Virus record (IMG/VR): IMGVR_UViG_3300026196_000016
Location: 1 to 39,178 of that record
DNA length: 39,178 nucleotides
Direction: 5' to 3' (one strand)
Origin: a virus
Taxonomy: Duplodnaviria; Caudoviricetes
Numbering within the stretch: position 1 is the stretch's first letter; each line of letters starts with the position of its first letter. Shown here piece after piece: positions 18,147 to 27,372 of this stretch. A program made the position numbers and the translations under genes. The notes under the pieces are model-generated. The model was not told the origin of the DNA. It did no database searches and worked only from the letters and a program-made list of their open reading frames with translations.

Positions 18147-18318
18147 CCTCCCCGATTTTCTCAAGCGTCCATTCTAAAAATAAAATCATTTGCCAGTGCC
18201 AATAATCATCCTCTGCGTGTTCGTCGATCAATTTACTGATCTCCGTTGGCACACCCATCAATCCAGTATCCTCGTAGAAGGCTTGTTCTAATTCACTGAT
18301 CAATTCTTCCTGTGTCAT
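18136..18318 (-). CDS. Small acidic hypothetical protein
   Basis: 60 aa with AGGAG RBS; flanked by dif-like sites. Confidence 0.65.
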   Translation of the reverse strand: MTQEELISELEQAFYEDTGLMGVPTEISKLIDEHAEDDYWHWQMILFLEWTLEKIGEGSK

Positions 18319-18332
18319 ATCAATATTCTCCT

Positions 18333-18360
18333 GTGTCGATAGAAGTCGCTTATTTCGACC
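18333..18360. other. dif/lox-like site (degenerate)
   Basis: GTGTCGATAGA AGTCGC TTATTTCGACC; alternatively a 5-bp spacer with arm TGTCGATAGAA. Confidence 0.5.
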
Positions 18361-18665
18361 TAAACGCCCGTCTCTAAATTTTTCAGCACCCCCTCAACCA
18401 CCAGCAACCGCGCCTTAAGACTTCGACAATCCGCACTCAATTGCAAATTCTCCGCTTCGACTGCCAGCCGCCGCGCCCGTTCGCTCTCCCATTTTTCATG
18501 CGTCACCTGTGCCGCTTGTATGTTCCGCTGATTCTCCGCCCGCACATTGGCTAGACGATCCTGCAATCCACGAATCACAACATCTTTCACATCCACCTGA
18601 CGCCCGCGCCGTTTACTTTTACCCATGAGCCTTAACTCCCTTGCATGTACATGGCTGTAATTCAT
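18360..18665 (-). CDS. Coiled-coil hypothetical protein
   Basis: Heptad-rich; true start probably MGKSKRR, overlapping the stop of the replication gene. Confidence 0.6.
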   Translation of the reverse strand: MNYSHVHARELRLMGKSKRRGRQVDVKDVVIRGLQDRLANVRAENQRNIQAAQVTHEKWESERARRLAVEAENLQLSADCRSLKARLLVVEGVLKNLETGV

Positions 18666-19806
18666 ACGCTATCCCCGCATTGGGACCATACCCGCCACAC
18701 GTCGGACACGTGTCACAATCCCCCTCGCCCATTGGGAGAGGGGCAGGGGTGAGGGCGAAATAATCATCGTATCGCCCGAACCCATACGATTCAACATCCG
18801 CCGCCTGTATCACCAGACGATTCCGCCGTAATTCATCGATCACAAATCCCGCCGGATTCCTCAAGCCGTCTTTGTGTTTTTTGGCATATGCCACCGTTAA
18901 CGCCATTTTTGTTTGACCATATTGCTGAATCAAACCCTCTGTTACGGTCTGCGTTAAGCCCGGTATATCCTCCCTTATCAATCGGGCCAACATTGAGGGG
19001 GGACCGGCGGAATAGGGGGGAGCATCTGCCCCGCTTGCCATCAATACCGGCTCGAATGTCGCCGTGTCGTCAATGCCATCTTCCCGGATCGAATCAAATT
19101 CTCCCGTATCTGGAATATTTAATTCATCACCACCATCATCACGCTTCGCGCGCGCGTCTGGTGTTGGTGGTGTTTCTGCTTGTGATAAGGCATTGCTGTT
19201 TTCTTTTCTTGGTTTCTTATTTGTATATGGGGAACTTTCTTCCCCATCATTGGGAACTTTCTTCCCCATCATTGGGAACTTTCTTCCCCATGATTGAGAA
19301 CTTTCTTCCCCATGATTGAGAAGACCATCCAACCGCAATTCATCCACTCGATACGCCTTTTCGCGTCGTCTTAAAAATGGGGCATCGTCACACGAAATAA
19401 TTACGCCCATTTGCTCGAGCTTTCTAATCAATTCCTTGAACCAACGCTCCGAAAACCATGAAAAATGTTTCTCATGCCAGAAGCGATACGAGCCATATGT
19501 CCATACATAGCCGCCATGACTATTCCGTGCATCACGCCGGTTAACTTCCGTCCACTCGCGGAACTTCTGCACAATCGCCGCCTCTTTTTCTCCCAGAAGT
19601 TCCGCGAGCCGCGCCTGTAATTTAAGCGCGTCCTCATCTTCAAGGATCGGCTTACCCCCGTGATAAGCCGTCTCCGCCGGATCAATCCAATCCCGCGCCG
19701 CTACCAGCCAGAAAATCAGCCAGTCAATCAATATGACGATTCCCGCCGCCATCAATCCCCGCTTAATCATGATCTTCTTTCCTATATAGATGATCGTATT
19801 CATCAC
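18619..19806 (-). CDS. Phage replication initiator (wHTH replisome-organiser type)
   Basis: LAELLGEKEAAIVQ...GYVWTYGSY..W...FSWFSER..KELIRKLEQMGVI; internal iterons; NPAGFV C-terminal motif; CxxC...CxC tail. Confidence 0.75.
   Translation of the reverse strand: MMNTIIYIGKKIMIKRGLMAAGIVILIDWLIFWLVAARDWIDPAETAYHGGKPILEDEDALKLQARLAELLGEKEAAIVQKFREWTEVNRRDARNSHGGYVWTYGSYRFWHEKHFSWFSERWFKELIRKLEQMGVIISCDDAPFLRRREKAYRVDELRLDGLLNHGEESSQSWGRKFPMMGKKVPNDGEESSPYTNKKPRKENSNALSQAETPPTPDARAKRDDGGDELNIPDTGEFDSIREDGIDDTATFEPVLMASGADAPPYSAGPPSMLARLIREDIPGLTQTVTEGLIQQYGQTKMALTVAYAKKHKDGLRNPAGFVIDELRRNRLVIQAADVESYGFGRYDDYFALTPAPLPMGEGDCDTCPTCGGYGPNAGIAYELQPCTCKGVKAHG
19230..19317. repeat. Four 22-bp iterons, putative replication origin
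   Basis: G(G/A)GAACTTTCTTCCCCAT(C/G)ATT x4 next to a T-rich tract (19198-19228), inside the initiator gene as in lambda O. Confidence 0.85.
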
Positions 19807-20104
19807 TCAGCAATTGACACTCATCAGCCGCGATCATGAACCCCTGCACCGTTAGCAGAGCGTCCACATCTTCACGGCTCATCTGCATCTCACCTGCCAG
19901 CACACCGAGAAACCGTTCATATTCCACCGGTGTAAACGCTTCCATGTCTACCATATAACCCGTGATCGGTTCCGCGTTCCCGTTCATATACATTTTCAGC
20001 GGACAATCAAACATCACGTTCAATTCGTCCGTCCCCGTGATCTTCTCAAACGCTTCTTTGTACCGGCACTCTGTCAGCCGGATTCTATATTGTCCTGTAA
20101 TCAT
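19763..20104 (-). CDS. Hypothetical protein
   Basis: Likely ATG 20104 after GAGGA; the ORF-track extension runs through the intergenic repeat. Confidence 0.65.
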   Translation of the reverse strand: MITGQYRIRLTECRYKEAFEKITGTDELNVMFDCPLKMYMNGNAEPITGYMVDMEAFTPVEYERFLGVLAGEMQMSREDVDALLTVQGFMIAADECQLLSDEYDHLYRKEDHD

Positions 20105-20106
20105 TG

Positions 20107-20134
20107 TGTCCTCATAAACGCTTTTATCTAGACT
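20107..20134. other. dif/lox-like 28-bp site
   Basis: TGTCCTCATAA ACGCTT TTATCTAGACT. Confidence 0.7.
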
Positions 20135-20184
20135 TCTTTTCCCCTCGCCTATGGGAGAGGGGATCAAGGGGTGAGGGGTGAGGA

Positions 20185-21681
20185 CTATTCCTCACCCTCC
20201 AGTTTCTCAATTTCCTTATCCAGGATCGTTCCCATGTCGTTAAATAATTCCGCGATGGCATCTAGACAACGACTCCAGATCGTCTCCATTGCCGCGTTTG
20301 TCATCTCGAAAACATCATTAACAAATGTGACGTTACCCGCTTGTACCTGCTCGCGGATATATTCCCCCGTGATGGAGCGCAAAAACTGTAATGCTTTTGC
20401 CTCCTGCTTTAATTCAAATTGATAAGCAAACACATCCGCTAAGTTATTCAATACCCATAGCGTTTGTTTGCGCTCTGTGACTGCACTCAATGGAATCTGA
20501 CCGTCGTCGATTATCCGCCGCTGTGGTTGTTCCCATTCGTCATCAGTTTCATAGCGGTAAGATCGACCTTGACCCACCTGTAAATCACCCTCATTTGTGG
20601 CAGACGGTTCAGGACTAACATTTCGCTTGATGTGAGATACAAACGGCGTAAGTGTCTCATTTTCATCGGCAGGGGAAGGACTTATGTCAACTACCGTTGA
20701 CATATCTCCATTTTCAACCGTCCAATCATCTTCATTTTCGACGGTGGGGGAGGGCGGTTTTACGGTTCTTGTTTGGGGATGAAGAATCAACCGACAGCGG
20801 AACTCGCGCCAATTGCCTTCATCCGCATTATTCCATTCATGATCTGGCAGATTCAGCAAATCGCGGTATTGTCCCACCTGTTGACGGCTCTTTAATCCCG
20901 TCGCTATCAGGATATGCCCCATAAATCCCCGCTTAATCTGGAACATATTTCCATCTGCCACCTGTGCATAAAACGGACGGTCACACCCACCCGCATTCAC
21001 CAGTGTATCAAATGTGTCAAATGACACTCCGTCATCATCCTTGTACATATCCATGATGAGTAACGCCAACTGCCGCGCCATCTCAATAGCGTTCAAGGGA
21101 TGACGGTTCCCGTTTTCCTGTGCCTGCTTCCAGACATCGCGCTTTTTATCTTCCGCCGGGATTCTGGCGTATAATTCACCGTCTACATGCTCGCGCAATA
21201 GATGGAAGGCTAGCCATCGCCGCTCGCCCATGATGATCGTCCCGCCCTGCCCGGACTTTTCGATCTGGATAGGGTTGATCAATCCGTCGCGGTGGATACC
21301 CGCCGCCAGTTTGGCCAGACTCACGAATTTATCCGCGATCGGTTGCGTGATGGGATCAATATCGAGTCCGTCGTGATTCCCGTGCAGGATCGCCCGCAAT
21401 GCAATCGGCGTTTCCAATTCTTCCTCCGCCTTGATAGCCCACCGTCGTAACAAGCCCGGCACATCTTGAGCTAGTCCGCCCCACATGCCGCGAACCGATG
21501 TCGGTACGGCTCGCCTTGGTTGTGTGATGTCCGCTTTCAATTGCGAAATGTCCACCGTCGGAATCACCCGCTTGTCTGATTTCGGCAGATCGCCATAAAG
21601 GATTTTATCTGCATCACTCAAACTGAGCGGTTCATAGTTATCATTCCCGAATGGATCAGTCGCATCGTTTAATTTATCCAT
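20185..21681 (-). CDS. parB: ParB-like partition protein
   Basis: QPR, GLINPI and GERRW arginine patch; overlaps the parA stop. Confidence 0.8.
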   Translation of the reverse strand: MDKLNDATDPFGNDNYEPLSLSDADKILYGDLPKSDKRVIPTVDISQLKADITQPRRAVPTSVRGMWGGLAQDVPGLLRRWAIKAEEELETPIALRAILHGNHDGLDIDPITQPIADKFVSLAKLAAGIHRDGLINPIQIEKSGQGGTIIMGERRWLAFHLLREHVDGELYARIPAEDKKRDVWKQAQENGNRHPLNAIEMARQLALLIMDMYKDDDGVSFDTFDTLVNAGGCDRPFYAQVADGNMFQIKRGFMGHILIATGLKSRQQVGQYRDLLNLPDHEWNNADEGNWREFRCRLILHPQTRTVKPPSPTVENEDDWTVENGDMSTVVDISPSPADENETLTPFVSHIKRNVSPEPSATNEGDLQVGQGRSYRYETDDEWEQPQRRIIDDGQIPLSAVTERKQTLWVLNNLADVFAYQFELKQEAKALQFLRSITGEYIREQVQAGNVTFVNDVFEMTNAAMETIWSRCLDAIAELFNDMGTILDKEIEKLEGEE

Positions 21682-22459
21682 GAACCATATCCTCCACCCG
21701 ATGCACCAGCCGCCACATCTGCTTGACCGCTTCCCCTTTTGGTTGATAGGAATAGAGCAGACGCGATAAGAAACTCGCCTGTGTCCACACCGTCAAATCC
21801 TTGATCGGTTCAAACACATCATCGCGGAATTTCTGATTCAGGAATTCCAGTGCCTTCTTATGTGATATCAATTGACCGTCATACTTATTCGGCAAAACGC
21901 CTAAAATCAATGGCGTCTCGGTTTGGTATTTCGGAGCCAGTTTTTCTAGCCCTGCCATTGTCTTGAGCGATTCATTCAACCCATCGAGGCTGAAATTCTC
22001 CGTCTCGGTGGGATACAAAACATGGTCAGTCGCCAGATACACCACCACATGAAATAGAGATGGGGTGGGCGCAGTATCAATCACCACATAATCAAACACC
22101 GGGGCTATTTCTGCCAATCGATTTGCGAGCACCATCGGATCACTCATATTTTCGCCGATGGAGCGCGTTTCCTTGTTACTTGGCAGTACCACCAGCGTTC
22201 CCTTGCCATCCTTATCACTTCCCCACACTTCCCGCGCTGGAACAACAAGCACATTCCGCCAATCGGTGTCTTCCCGCACCAGCAAGTCATAGAGTGCCGG
22301 GCTTTTCTTCAGCCCTAATGCCCGTGTTGCTTGTCCCTGTGCATCGGCGTCGATTAACAACACCCGCGCGCCCTGCAATGCCAAGCCCGCCGCCAGATGC
22401 GTACTCAGTGTCGTTTTCCCGACACCGCCCTTCTCATTAAATAAACCTATAGTTTTCAT
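21674..22459 (-). CDS. parA: ParA/Soj partition ATPase
   Basis: KGGVGKTT, LIDADAQG and DYVVIDTAP. Confidence 0.95.
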   Translation of the reverse strand: MKTIGLFNEKGGVGKTTLSTHLAAGLALQGARVLLIDADAQGQATRALGLKKSPALYDLLVREDTDWRNVLVVPAREVWGSDKDGKGTLVVLPSNKETRSIGENMSDPMVLANRLAEIAPVFDYVVIDTAPTPSLFHVVVYLATDHVLYPTETENFSLDGLNESLKTMAGLEKLAPKYQTETPLILGVLPNKYDGQLISHKKALEFLNQKFRDDVFEPIKDLTVWTQASFLSRLLYSYQPKGEAVKQMWRLVHRVEDMVHG

Positions 22460-22544
22460 AATCTGTAACCTTCCTATATACTATAGTTGTGTGCCACGTT
22501 GCAGGTTGTTCCTCATCCAACAACGTAGCACTCACCCTCTAACC

Positions 22545-22772
22545 TTATTTCTTCAGTTTCTTCACCATAACGACCACCGGTATATAGTGAAGCTTCCGCG
22601 CCTTATTGACGCCGAATTCCACCGCGTCCGCAAAGTGGCTGAATTCATGCGCCACATCATTCATTTGATCATAGGATGTGATCAGCACATCATCCGGCAC
22701 CGCTAGATCATTGGTGATCCGGACCCGCTTATTTTCATGGATGATCCACACTGTAAATCTAGTCATGGTCAA
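22545..22772 (-). CDS. Hypothetical protein
   Basis: Likely start overlaps the upstream stop (22766 or 22772). Confidence 0.5.
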   Translation of the reverse strand: MTMTRFTVWIIHENKRVRITNDLAVPDDVLITSYDQMNDVAHEFSHFADAVEFGVNKARKLHYIPVVVMVKKLKK

Positions 22773-23250
22773 ACGCCTTGATTTTGCGCCGGATTTTCGC
22801 CCGCCGATCGTTCGCTTGTGCAATCTTGTCAATCACTGGCGATACCCGCCGCTCATGTTTCTCTGGCAGGCTTCCCGCAATCAATTGATCGATGTTCTTC
22901 TCACTCGCGTTAACCGCCTTTTTACGCGATTTCCGTTTCGCTGGCGTGTGATTCTCTTTCTTTTTCCGCCAGTATTCCTGTTGACAATCAACACACATCG
23001 TTAACTGTTTCCCTGTCTTGGATACCATTCGCGGCGCACCACAAACGACACACACCCGATCGAACAACGGAACAACCCGATCATTTTCCGGTTCATCGTA
23101 GACACATGCATTTTCAATATCTTTCCACCATGCCTGTTGGTGTCCATCATCACAAGTGAGTAGAACCGCATCATATAGATGTCCATCACGGATAATCGGT
23201 GTTCGTTTCAATTCCAGTCCGTCTTTGTGGCATAAAGGACAATCTTTCAT
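22759..23250 (-). CDS. Zinc-finger-like hypothetical protein
   Basis: CPLC, CDDGH, CVVC and CVDC; basic C-terminus; ATG 23250 after AAGGAG. Confidence 0.65.
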   Translation of the reverse strand: MKDCPLCHKDGLELKRTPIIRDGHLYDAVLLTCDDGHQQAWWKDIENACVYDEPENDRVVPLFDRVCVVCGAPRMVSKTGKQLTMCVDCQQEYWRKKKENHTPAKRKSRKKAVNASEKNIDQLIAGSLPEKHERRVSPVIDKIAQANDRRAKIRRKIKAFDHD

Positions 23251-23277
23251 CTCTAAATAACTCCTTTTATCTAGACT
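23250..23277. other. dif/lox-like 28-bp site
   Basis: TCTCTAAATAA CTCCTT TTATCTAGACT. Confidence 0.75.
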
Positions 23278-23322
23278 TCTTTCCCCCTCGCCTGTGGGAG
23301 AGGGGATCAAGGGGTGAGGGCG

Positions 23323-23826
23323 TTATTCCGCCTTAACCAATCGCTCCAGCATGACCACCAGAACCTTATTGCGGAATTCACGGTAAGTAACTTGCCAAGC
23401 ATTCGCCGCCATTTGAGATAAATAAGCCGATGCTTCCCCTTCCTTAATTTCATCAAACGTGAAAACTGCGACATCTATTTCATGCTTGACGCCCGGATTG
23501 ACAATCGACCCGCCGCCGAAATGTTCCTCTAGCGTCTTCTCGACTTCCGCGCTCACCTGTTGCGGTACCGTCGGTTCCACCACCGGCTTACCCCATGCCT
23601 GGATCCTCTCGATGCTCAATTCCACATCGAATTCTGTCCATCCGTTTGACAGCGTACACATGAACTTATCGCGTGTCGTCGGATAGCGGATAACAATGGT
23701 TTCACCCGTCTCTTCGTTGAAGGCCTTGTATCCCGCTGTAAATAATTCGGGATCAACCATTTTCTCATCCGCCGTTTGCGGATAATCCGGTAATTCCGCT
23801 GGCTTTTGTTGCGGTTGATCTGACAT
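23323..23826 (-). CDS. Hypothetical protein
   Basis: Likely ATG 23826 (MSDQPQ) after GGAG; the ORF-track extension overlaps int. Confidence 0.65.
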   Translation of the reverse strand: MSDQPQQKPAELPDYPQTADEKMVDPELFTAGYKAFNEETGETIVIRYPTTRDKFMCTLSNGWTEFDVELSIERIQAWGKPVVEPTVPQQVSAEVEKTLEEHFGGGSIVNPGVKHEIDVAVFTFDEIKEGEASAYLSQMAANAWQVTYREFRNKVLVVMLERLVKAE

Positions 23827-23887
23827 TCTCCAATTCCTTTCATCTAATATTAAATTTGTGCTAAAATAACCTACAGGGAGATTAGCT

Positions 23888-24802
23888 ATGAAACTCAAAT
23901 CGGCTGTAGAACTATTCCTAAATCGCATCGATAACACCGGCACCAAAAAAGCCTACAAACAGGCGACAACTTATTTGATGAAATATCTGGGTACAGATCG
24001 CGCGTTAGCATCCATTGATGCTGAAACCTTCCAGAAAATATTCTGGATACCGCTACTGGAGGATCATAATACCTGGTCGATTGCTACCCGCCGTAAGCAC
24101 ATAAAGAGCCTGCGCGCTTTATTCAATCTGTGTATTGCACAGGGCTACATCTCCATTAACCCTGCGCATATCGTCAAATTACCCTCCATCAACGCCGCCG
24201 TTCCCCGCGATCGCGCCATATCCGAAATCGAGTATGAACGTCTGCTCGAATATGCACGCTTTACATCACCCCGTAATTACGCCTTACTTCTCTTCCTTGC
24301 CGACACTGGCTGTCGTGCCATTGCCGCAGCCGGTCTACGACTGGAAGACATTGACCTAACCTCCAAATCGGCCTGGATTACGGGTAAAGGCGATAAATCA
24401 CGTACTGTCTATTTCGGAGATGAATGCCGCATTGCGCTTCAGAATTGGCTACGCATGAAAAAAAAGAAAAGCGGTGCGTATGTTTTCCGCGAACGTCCGG
24501 GAGACAAACCGATCAAACCAGCCGCCATATCTCAAGCCGTCTGGAGACTGGCGAAAACCTGTGGCATTGATCACCCGGTAGGCTCACACCGTTTCCGTCA
24601 TCGCCTGGGACACCGGCTCGCCGATGCGCACGTTCCGCCGTCTGTCGCTCAAAACGCATTAGGGCATACCGACGTAAGAACGACGCTCGATCATTACTAT
24701 CCGAATGATGATGAGAGAGTAAGGGAAGCCGTGCAATCCTTGGCTACCCGTAAACAGGAACAACCGAAAGTTATTCAGCTATTCAAAGAGGGCAGGAAAT
24801 AA
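23888..24802 (+). CDS. int: Tyrosine integrase
   Basis: R (TGCR), K (GKGDK), HRFR, LGH and catalytic Y (TTLDHY); attP core immediately downstream. Confidence 0.92.
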   Translation: MKLKSAVELFLNRIDNTGTKKAYKQATTYLMKYLGTDRALASIDAETFQKIFWIPLLEDHNTWSIATRRKHIKSLRALFNLCIAQGYISINPAHIVKLPSINAAVPRDRAISEIEYERLLEYARFTSPRNYALLLFLADTGCRAIAAAGLRLEDIDLTSKSAWITGKGDKSRTVYFGDECRIALQNWLRMKKKKSGAYVFRERPGDKPIKPAAISQAVWRLAKTCGIDHPVGSHRFRHRLGHRLADAHVPPSVAQNALGHTDVRTTLDHYYPNDDERVREAVQSLATRKQEQPKVIQLFKEGRK

Positions 24803-24820
24803 ATGCAAAGAAGGCAGGAG

Positions 24821-24856
24821 AACAAGAGGTCCTCGGTTCAAATCCGAGTACCCCGA
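24821..24856 (+). other. attP core: 3' half of a host tRNA, probably tRNA-Pro
   Basis: AACAAGAGGTC CTCGG-TTCAAAT-CCGAG TACCCCG A is a variable loop, T-arm and acceptor 3' strand ending G72 A73. Confidence 0.8.
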
Positions 24857-25004
24857 CTCTTAATGAACCTTATCCAACTCTCACCGTAAAACGGAGAGTC
24901 CTCATTGACATCGGGAACGTAAATAATTAAATAGACTTATTTTTATTTGTAATCAGCACTCGATCACATTTGTCATCTTTTGTTGAGTCGCCCCTGGTAG
25001 ACTT

Positions 25005-25286
25005 TTACACGGGAATAGCTGGCAGGGGACTTTCTTCTGTGTCGTCTGACGATTCCTCTCTTGTGAGTAAATCCCCAACGTCACAGTTTAAATATTCACA
25101 CAGGGCATCGATGATTCTTTGATCGAATCGAGTCACCGTATTGTTGTACCATGAATAGATTGTTGGTTTTCCAAGATTAGTTTCTTCGATAACATTAATT
25201 GGGCTGATCCGTCGTTCCTCCCGCCGTGCTTTTTTAGCGAGAAGTTCCGCAAATCGGTTCTTTGTTTTCTTTCGCTTATTTGACAT
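25005..25286 (-). CDS. Cro/CI-type HTH regulator (candidate immunity repressor)
   Basis: ETNLGKPTIYSWYNN and IDALCEYLNCDVGDLL; AGGA RBS. Confidence 0.85.
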   Translation of the reverse strand: MSNKRKKTKNRFAELLAKKARREERRISPINVIEETNLGKPTIYSWYNNTVTRFDQRIIDALCEYLNCDVGDLLTREESSDDTEESPLPAIPV

Positions 25287-25313
25287 AGAATATCCTTAAC
25301 TAGAGGTAACTCT

Positions 25314-25342
25314 AAAATACACCTACAATCTCGACTTGTCAA
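25314..25342 (-). promoter_or_regulatory. sigma70-type promoter for the HTH gene
   Basis: TTGACA-17-TATTTT on the minus strand. Confidence 0.6.
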
Positions 25343-25367
25343 GAAATTATATTTATTACACGGAATC

Positions 25368-25397
25368 TTAACAACCTTGTATAAACTATCATATAAT
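25368..25397 (+). promoter_or_regulatory. Divergent sigma70-type promoter
   Basis: TTAACA-18-TATAAT upstream of 25423. Confidence 0.55.
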
Positions 25398-25422
25398 AAA
25401 CTTAAAACATAAGAGGTGAGAA

Positions 25423-25872
25423 ATGGCAAAAAAAGAAAAACCCAGAAACAATTCAAGCGGAGGTTGTATTTTATTGCTGATTGCTATAATAGGATTCGGC
25501 GCATATCTCAACAGCAAGCCCGCGACAACACCGATAAAAGTAACGCCAGCTATGAGAGCGACCACCCACCCAAAAACCGAATTATTGGGGCAGGCGATAA
25601 TCATGATCCCCGCCATTACCTCCATTACGAGCGTTTCTATTCTTGTCCCGGAAAAGGACCCACATATAAACATTGATGCTCGTACAAAAGCGGGATACAA
25701 CACGTCAGAAATTGCCGATCTAATCCGCTCACAGGCGATTACAGTTTTGGATACGGATTCCATGGAAATCGAAATCATCCTGAGCGATGATAAAACATCA
25801 ACGCTCTATATTTGGGAGAATGCTAATCAACATTGGCGCGTAGCAAACATTGATTATGTCAATGCGCCCTGA
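25423..25872 (+). CDS. Single-pass membrane protein (possible superinfection exclusion)
   Basis: Basic N-terminus and GCILLLIAIIGFGAYL TM segment; GAGGTG RBS; immunity-region position. Confidence 0.6.
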   Translation: MAKKEKPRNNSSGGCILLLIAIIGFGAYLNSKPATTPIKVTPAMRATTHPKTELLGQAIIMIPAITSITSVSILVPEKDPHINIDARTKAGYNTSEIADLIRSQAITVLDTDSMEIEIILSDDKTSTLYIWENANQHWRVANIDYVNAP

Positions 25873-25880
25873 TTAATCAC

Positions 25881-25922
25881 TTGACGTTTTCATGACTATA
25901 CGGTAAAATTTATTGTATAGTC
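25881..25922 (+). promoter_or_regulatory. Promoter of the second recombinase with overlapping operator
   Basis: TTGACG-17-TAAAAT; inverted repeat GACTATAC (25894-25901) / GTATAGTC (25915-25922) straddles the -10. Confidence 0.65.
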
Positions 25923-25975
25923 GTAAGAAACAAAAACCCCCGTCTGATATACGGGGGAATTTGTCCAGACCGTTT

Positions 25976-26003
25976 AGTCTAGAGAAAACCATTTATCAGG
26001 AGA
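25976..26003. other. dif/lox-like 28-bp site upstream of recombinase 2
   Basis: AGTCTAGAGAA AACCAT TTATCAGGAGA. Confidence 0.62.
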
Positions 26004-26012
26004 GAATGCACC

Positions 26013-27140
26013 GTGAATACACTCACCATCCTTGATCAAAGTATATCAGAGGATCAATTTACTGACACCTCTTGGTTGCGATATTTCGACATAAAGCAGG
26101 CGTTACGCGCCGTTCACGCCCACATTGCCGCCCTACCCTCTGACCGCACTCCCGAACGGCACACCCGTAATTTATACGTCGCCGGGATAAAATATTTTCT
26201 CGAATGGGCTGGCGGATCATCCTTATCGTTGCCTACCGCCGATCTGATTGCGGAATACATCGCCCACTTATCCAAGGAAAAGGAGTGGACACGGGGCGGT
26301 AAAACCTATTACGGCATATCCACCGCGTCCATCGCCAGTCGCTACATCGCGCCCTTGCGTATCTTCCTTACTAAGCTGGCAGGACAGAAGATCACCGGCG
26401 TTCATGGCATCGAACGCGATTTTGTCACCGATTGCCGCGAGCACATCCGCGCCGCCATCGCCGTCAAGCCACCCCGCAATCAGGAGACAACCAATATCGC
26501 GCCCCTCTGGAACCCCAAATTTACCCGTCTGACATTAACACAGGTCAACGCTGTGCTCCGTGCCTGTAATACCAAAACCCTGCCCGGCTTACGCGATTAT
26601 GTCATCATGCGCACGGCGTTTGAAACCGCCTTCCGTCTATCCGAACTCGGGCGCATAACGCCCAATAGCATCACGCTCGAAGGCGATAACGTGCTCATTA
26701 CCGTGCGCGGCAAACGCTCGAACATTGATCCCATCGCCATTAGTCACGAACTTTTTTCTTATATCAAGCAATACGTGAATCTATACAACGCTCTCGCAGG
26801 TGAGCAGGCACAACATATCGAAGACGATATACCCATCATTCAAAGTCTATTGACCGGCGGACATATCCCGGCAATTGGTGCCACCGATTCCGGCATGACT
26901 GGCGATGGATTGCGCCGCTTGATCTGGAGGCGGACGGCTGGCGTGTTGGGTGATGAATACGGACTTAAACCGCATGATACCCGCCGCACATTTGCCGCCA
27001 TCGCCTATGAAATGGGAATGCCCCTGCCCGACATTGCCAAGGCATTACGCCATAAAGATAGTTCTGTGACCCTGCATTACATCGGACAGAAACCGGATTA
27101 TGATTCAACCCTGATCACCAATTATGTTAAAATTGGTTAA
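26013..27140 (+). CDS. Second tyrosine recombinase (Xer/Cre-like)
   Basis: R (TAFRLSEL), K (RGKR), HDTR, H (LRH) and Y (VTLHY) all present. Confidence 0.9.
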   Translation: MNTLTILDQSISEDQFTDTSWLRYFDIKQALRAVHAHIAALPSDRTPERHTRNLYVAGIKYFLEWAGGSSLSLPTADLIAEYIAHLSKEKEWTRGGKTYYGISTASIASRYIAPLRIFLTKLAGQKITGVHGIERDFVTDCREHIRAAIAVKPPRNQETTNIAPLWNPKFTRLTLTQVNAVLRACNTKTLPGLRDYVIMRTAFETAFRLSELGRITPNSITLEGDNVLITVRGKRSNIDPIAISHELFSYIKQYVNLYNALAGEQAQHIEDDIPIIQSLLTGGHIPAIGATDSGMTGDGLRRLIWRRTAGVLGDEYGLKPHDTRRTFAAIAYEMGMPLPDIAKALRHKDSSVTLHYIGQKPDYDSTLITNYVKIG

Positions 27141-27372
27141 TCAATCGGCATTATATGGAGATGAAAGAAATGAGGATGAAATGCAATTAGCAACTATTAT
27201 ACTAAAGGCAATATCAGATATGGAATCTATCGAAGGTCATGAGCTTAAATTTGAAAGCAAAACACGTTTACTCGAAGGCTTATGTGATGAAATCACACAA
27301 TACATGCTGAATTATAGCGAACGGGATAGATACCTATTTGGATGGCATAGCAGGGGAGGACTAAGACCATGA
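27124..27372 (+). CDS. Small hypothetical protein
   Basis: Likely ATG 27181 after GAGGA; stop overlaps the MTase ATG. Confidence 0.55.
   Translation: MLKLVNQSALYGDERNEDEMQLATIILKAISDMESIEGHELKFESKTRLLEGLCDEITQYMLNYSERDRYLFGWHSRGGLRP
27134..27161. other. dif/lox-like site (degenerate) at the stop of recombinase 2
   Basis: TGGTTAATCAA TCGGCA TTATATGGAGA. Confidence 0.5.

Noticed and set aside
19230-19317. Possible mini-CRISPR array
   Set aside because: The repeats are contiguous with no spacers and lie inside the initiator gene; iterons explain them.
737-23686. Numerous plus-strand ORFs overlapping structural and replication genes
   Set aside because: Shadow frames of well-supported minus-strand genes with no recognisable motifs; 8099-8392 is the exception.
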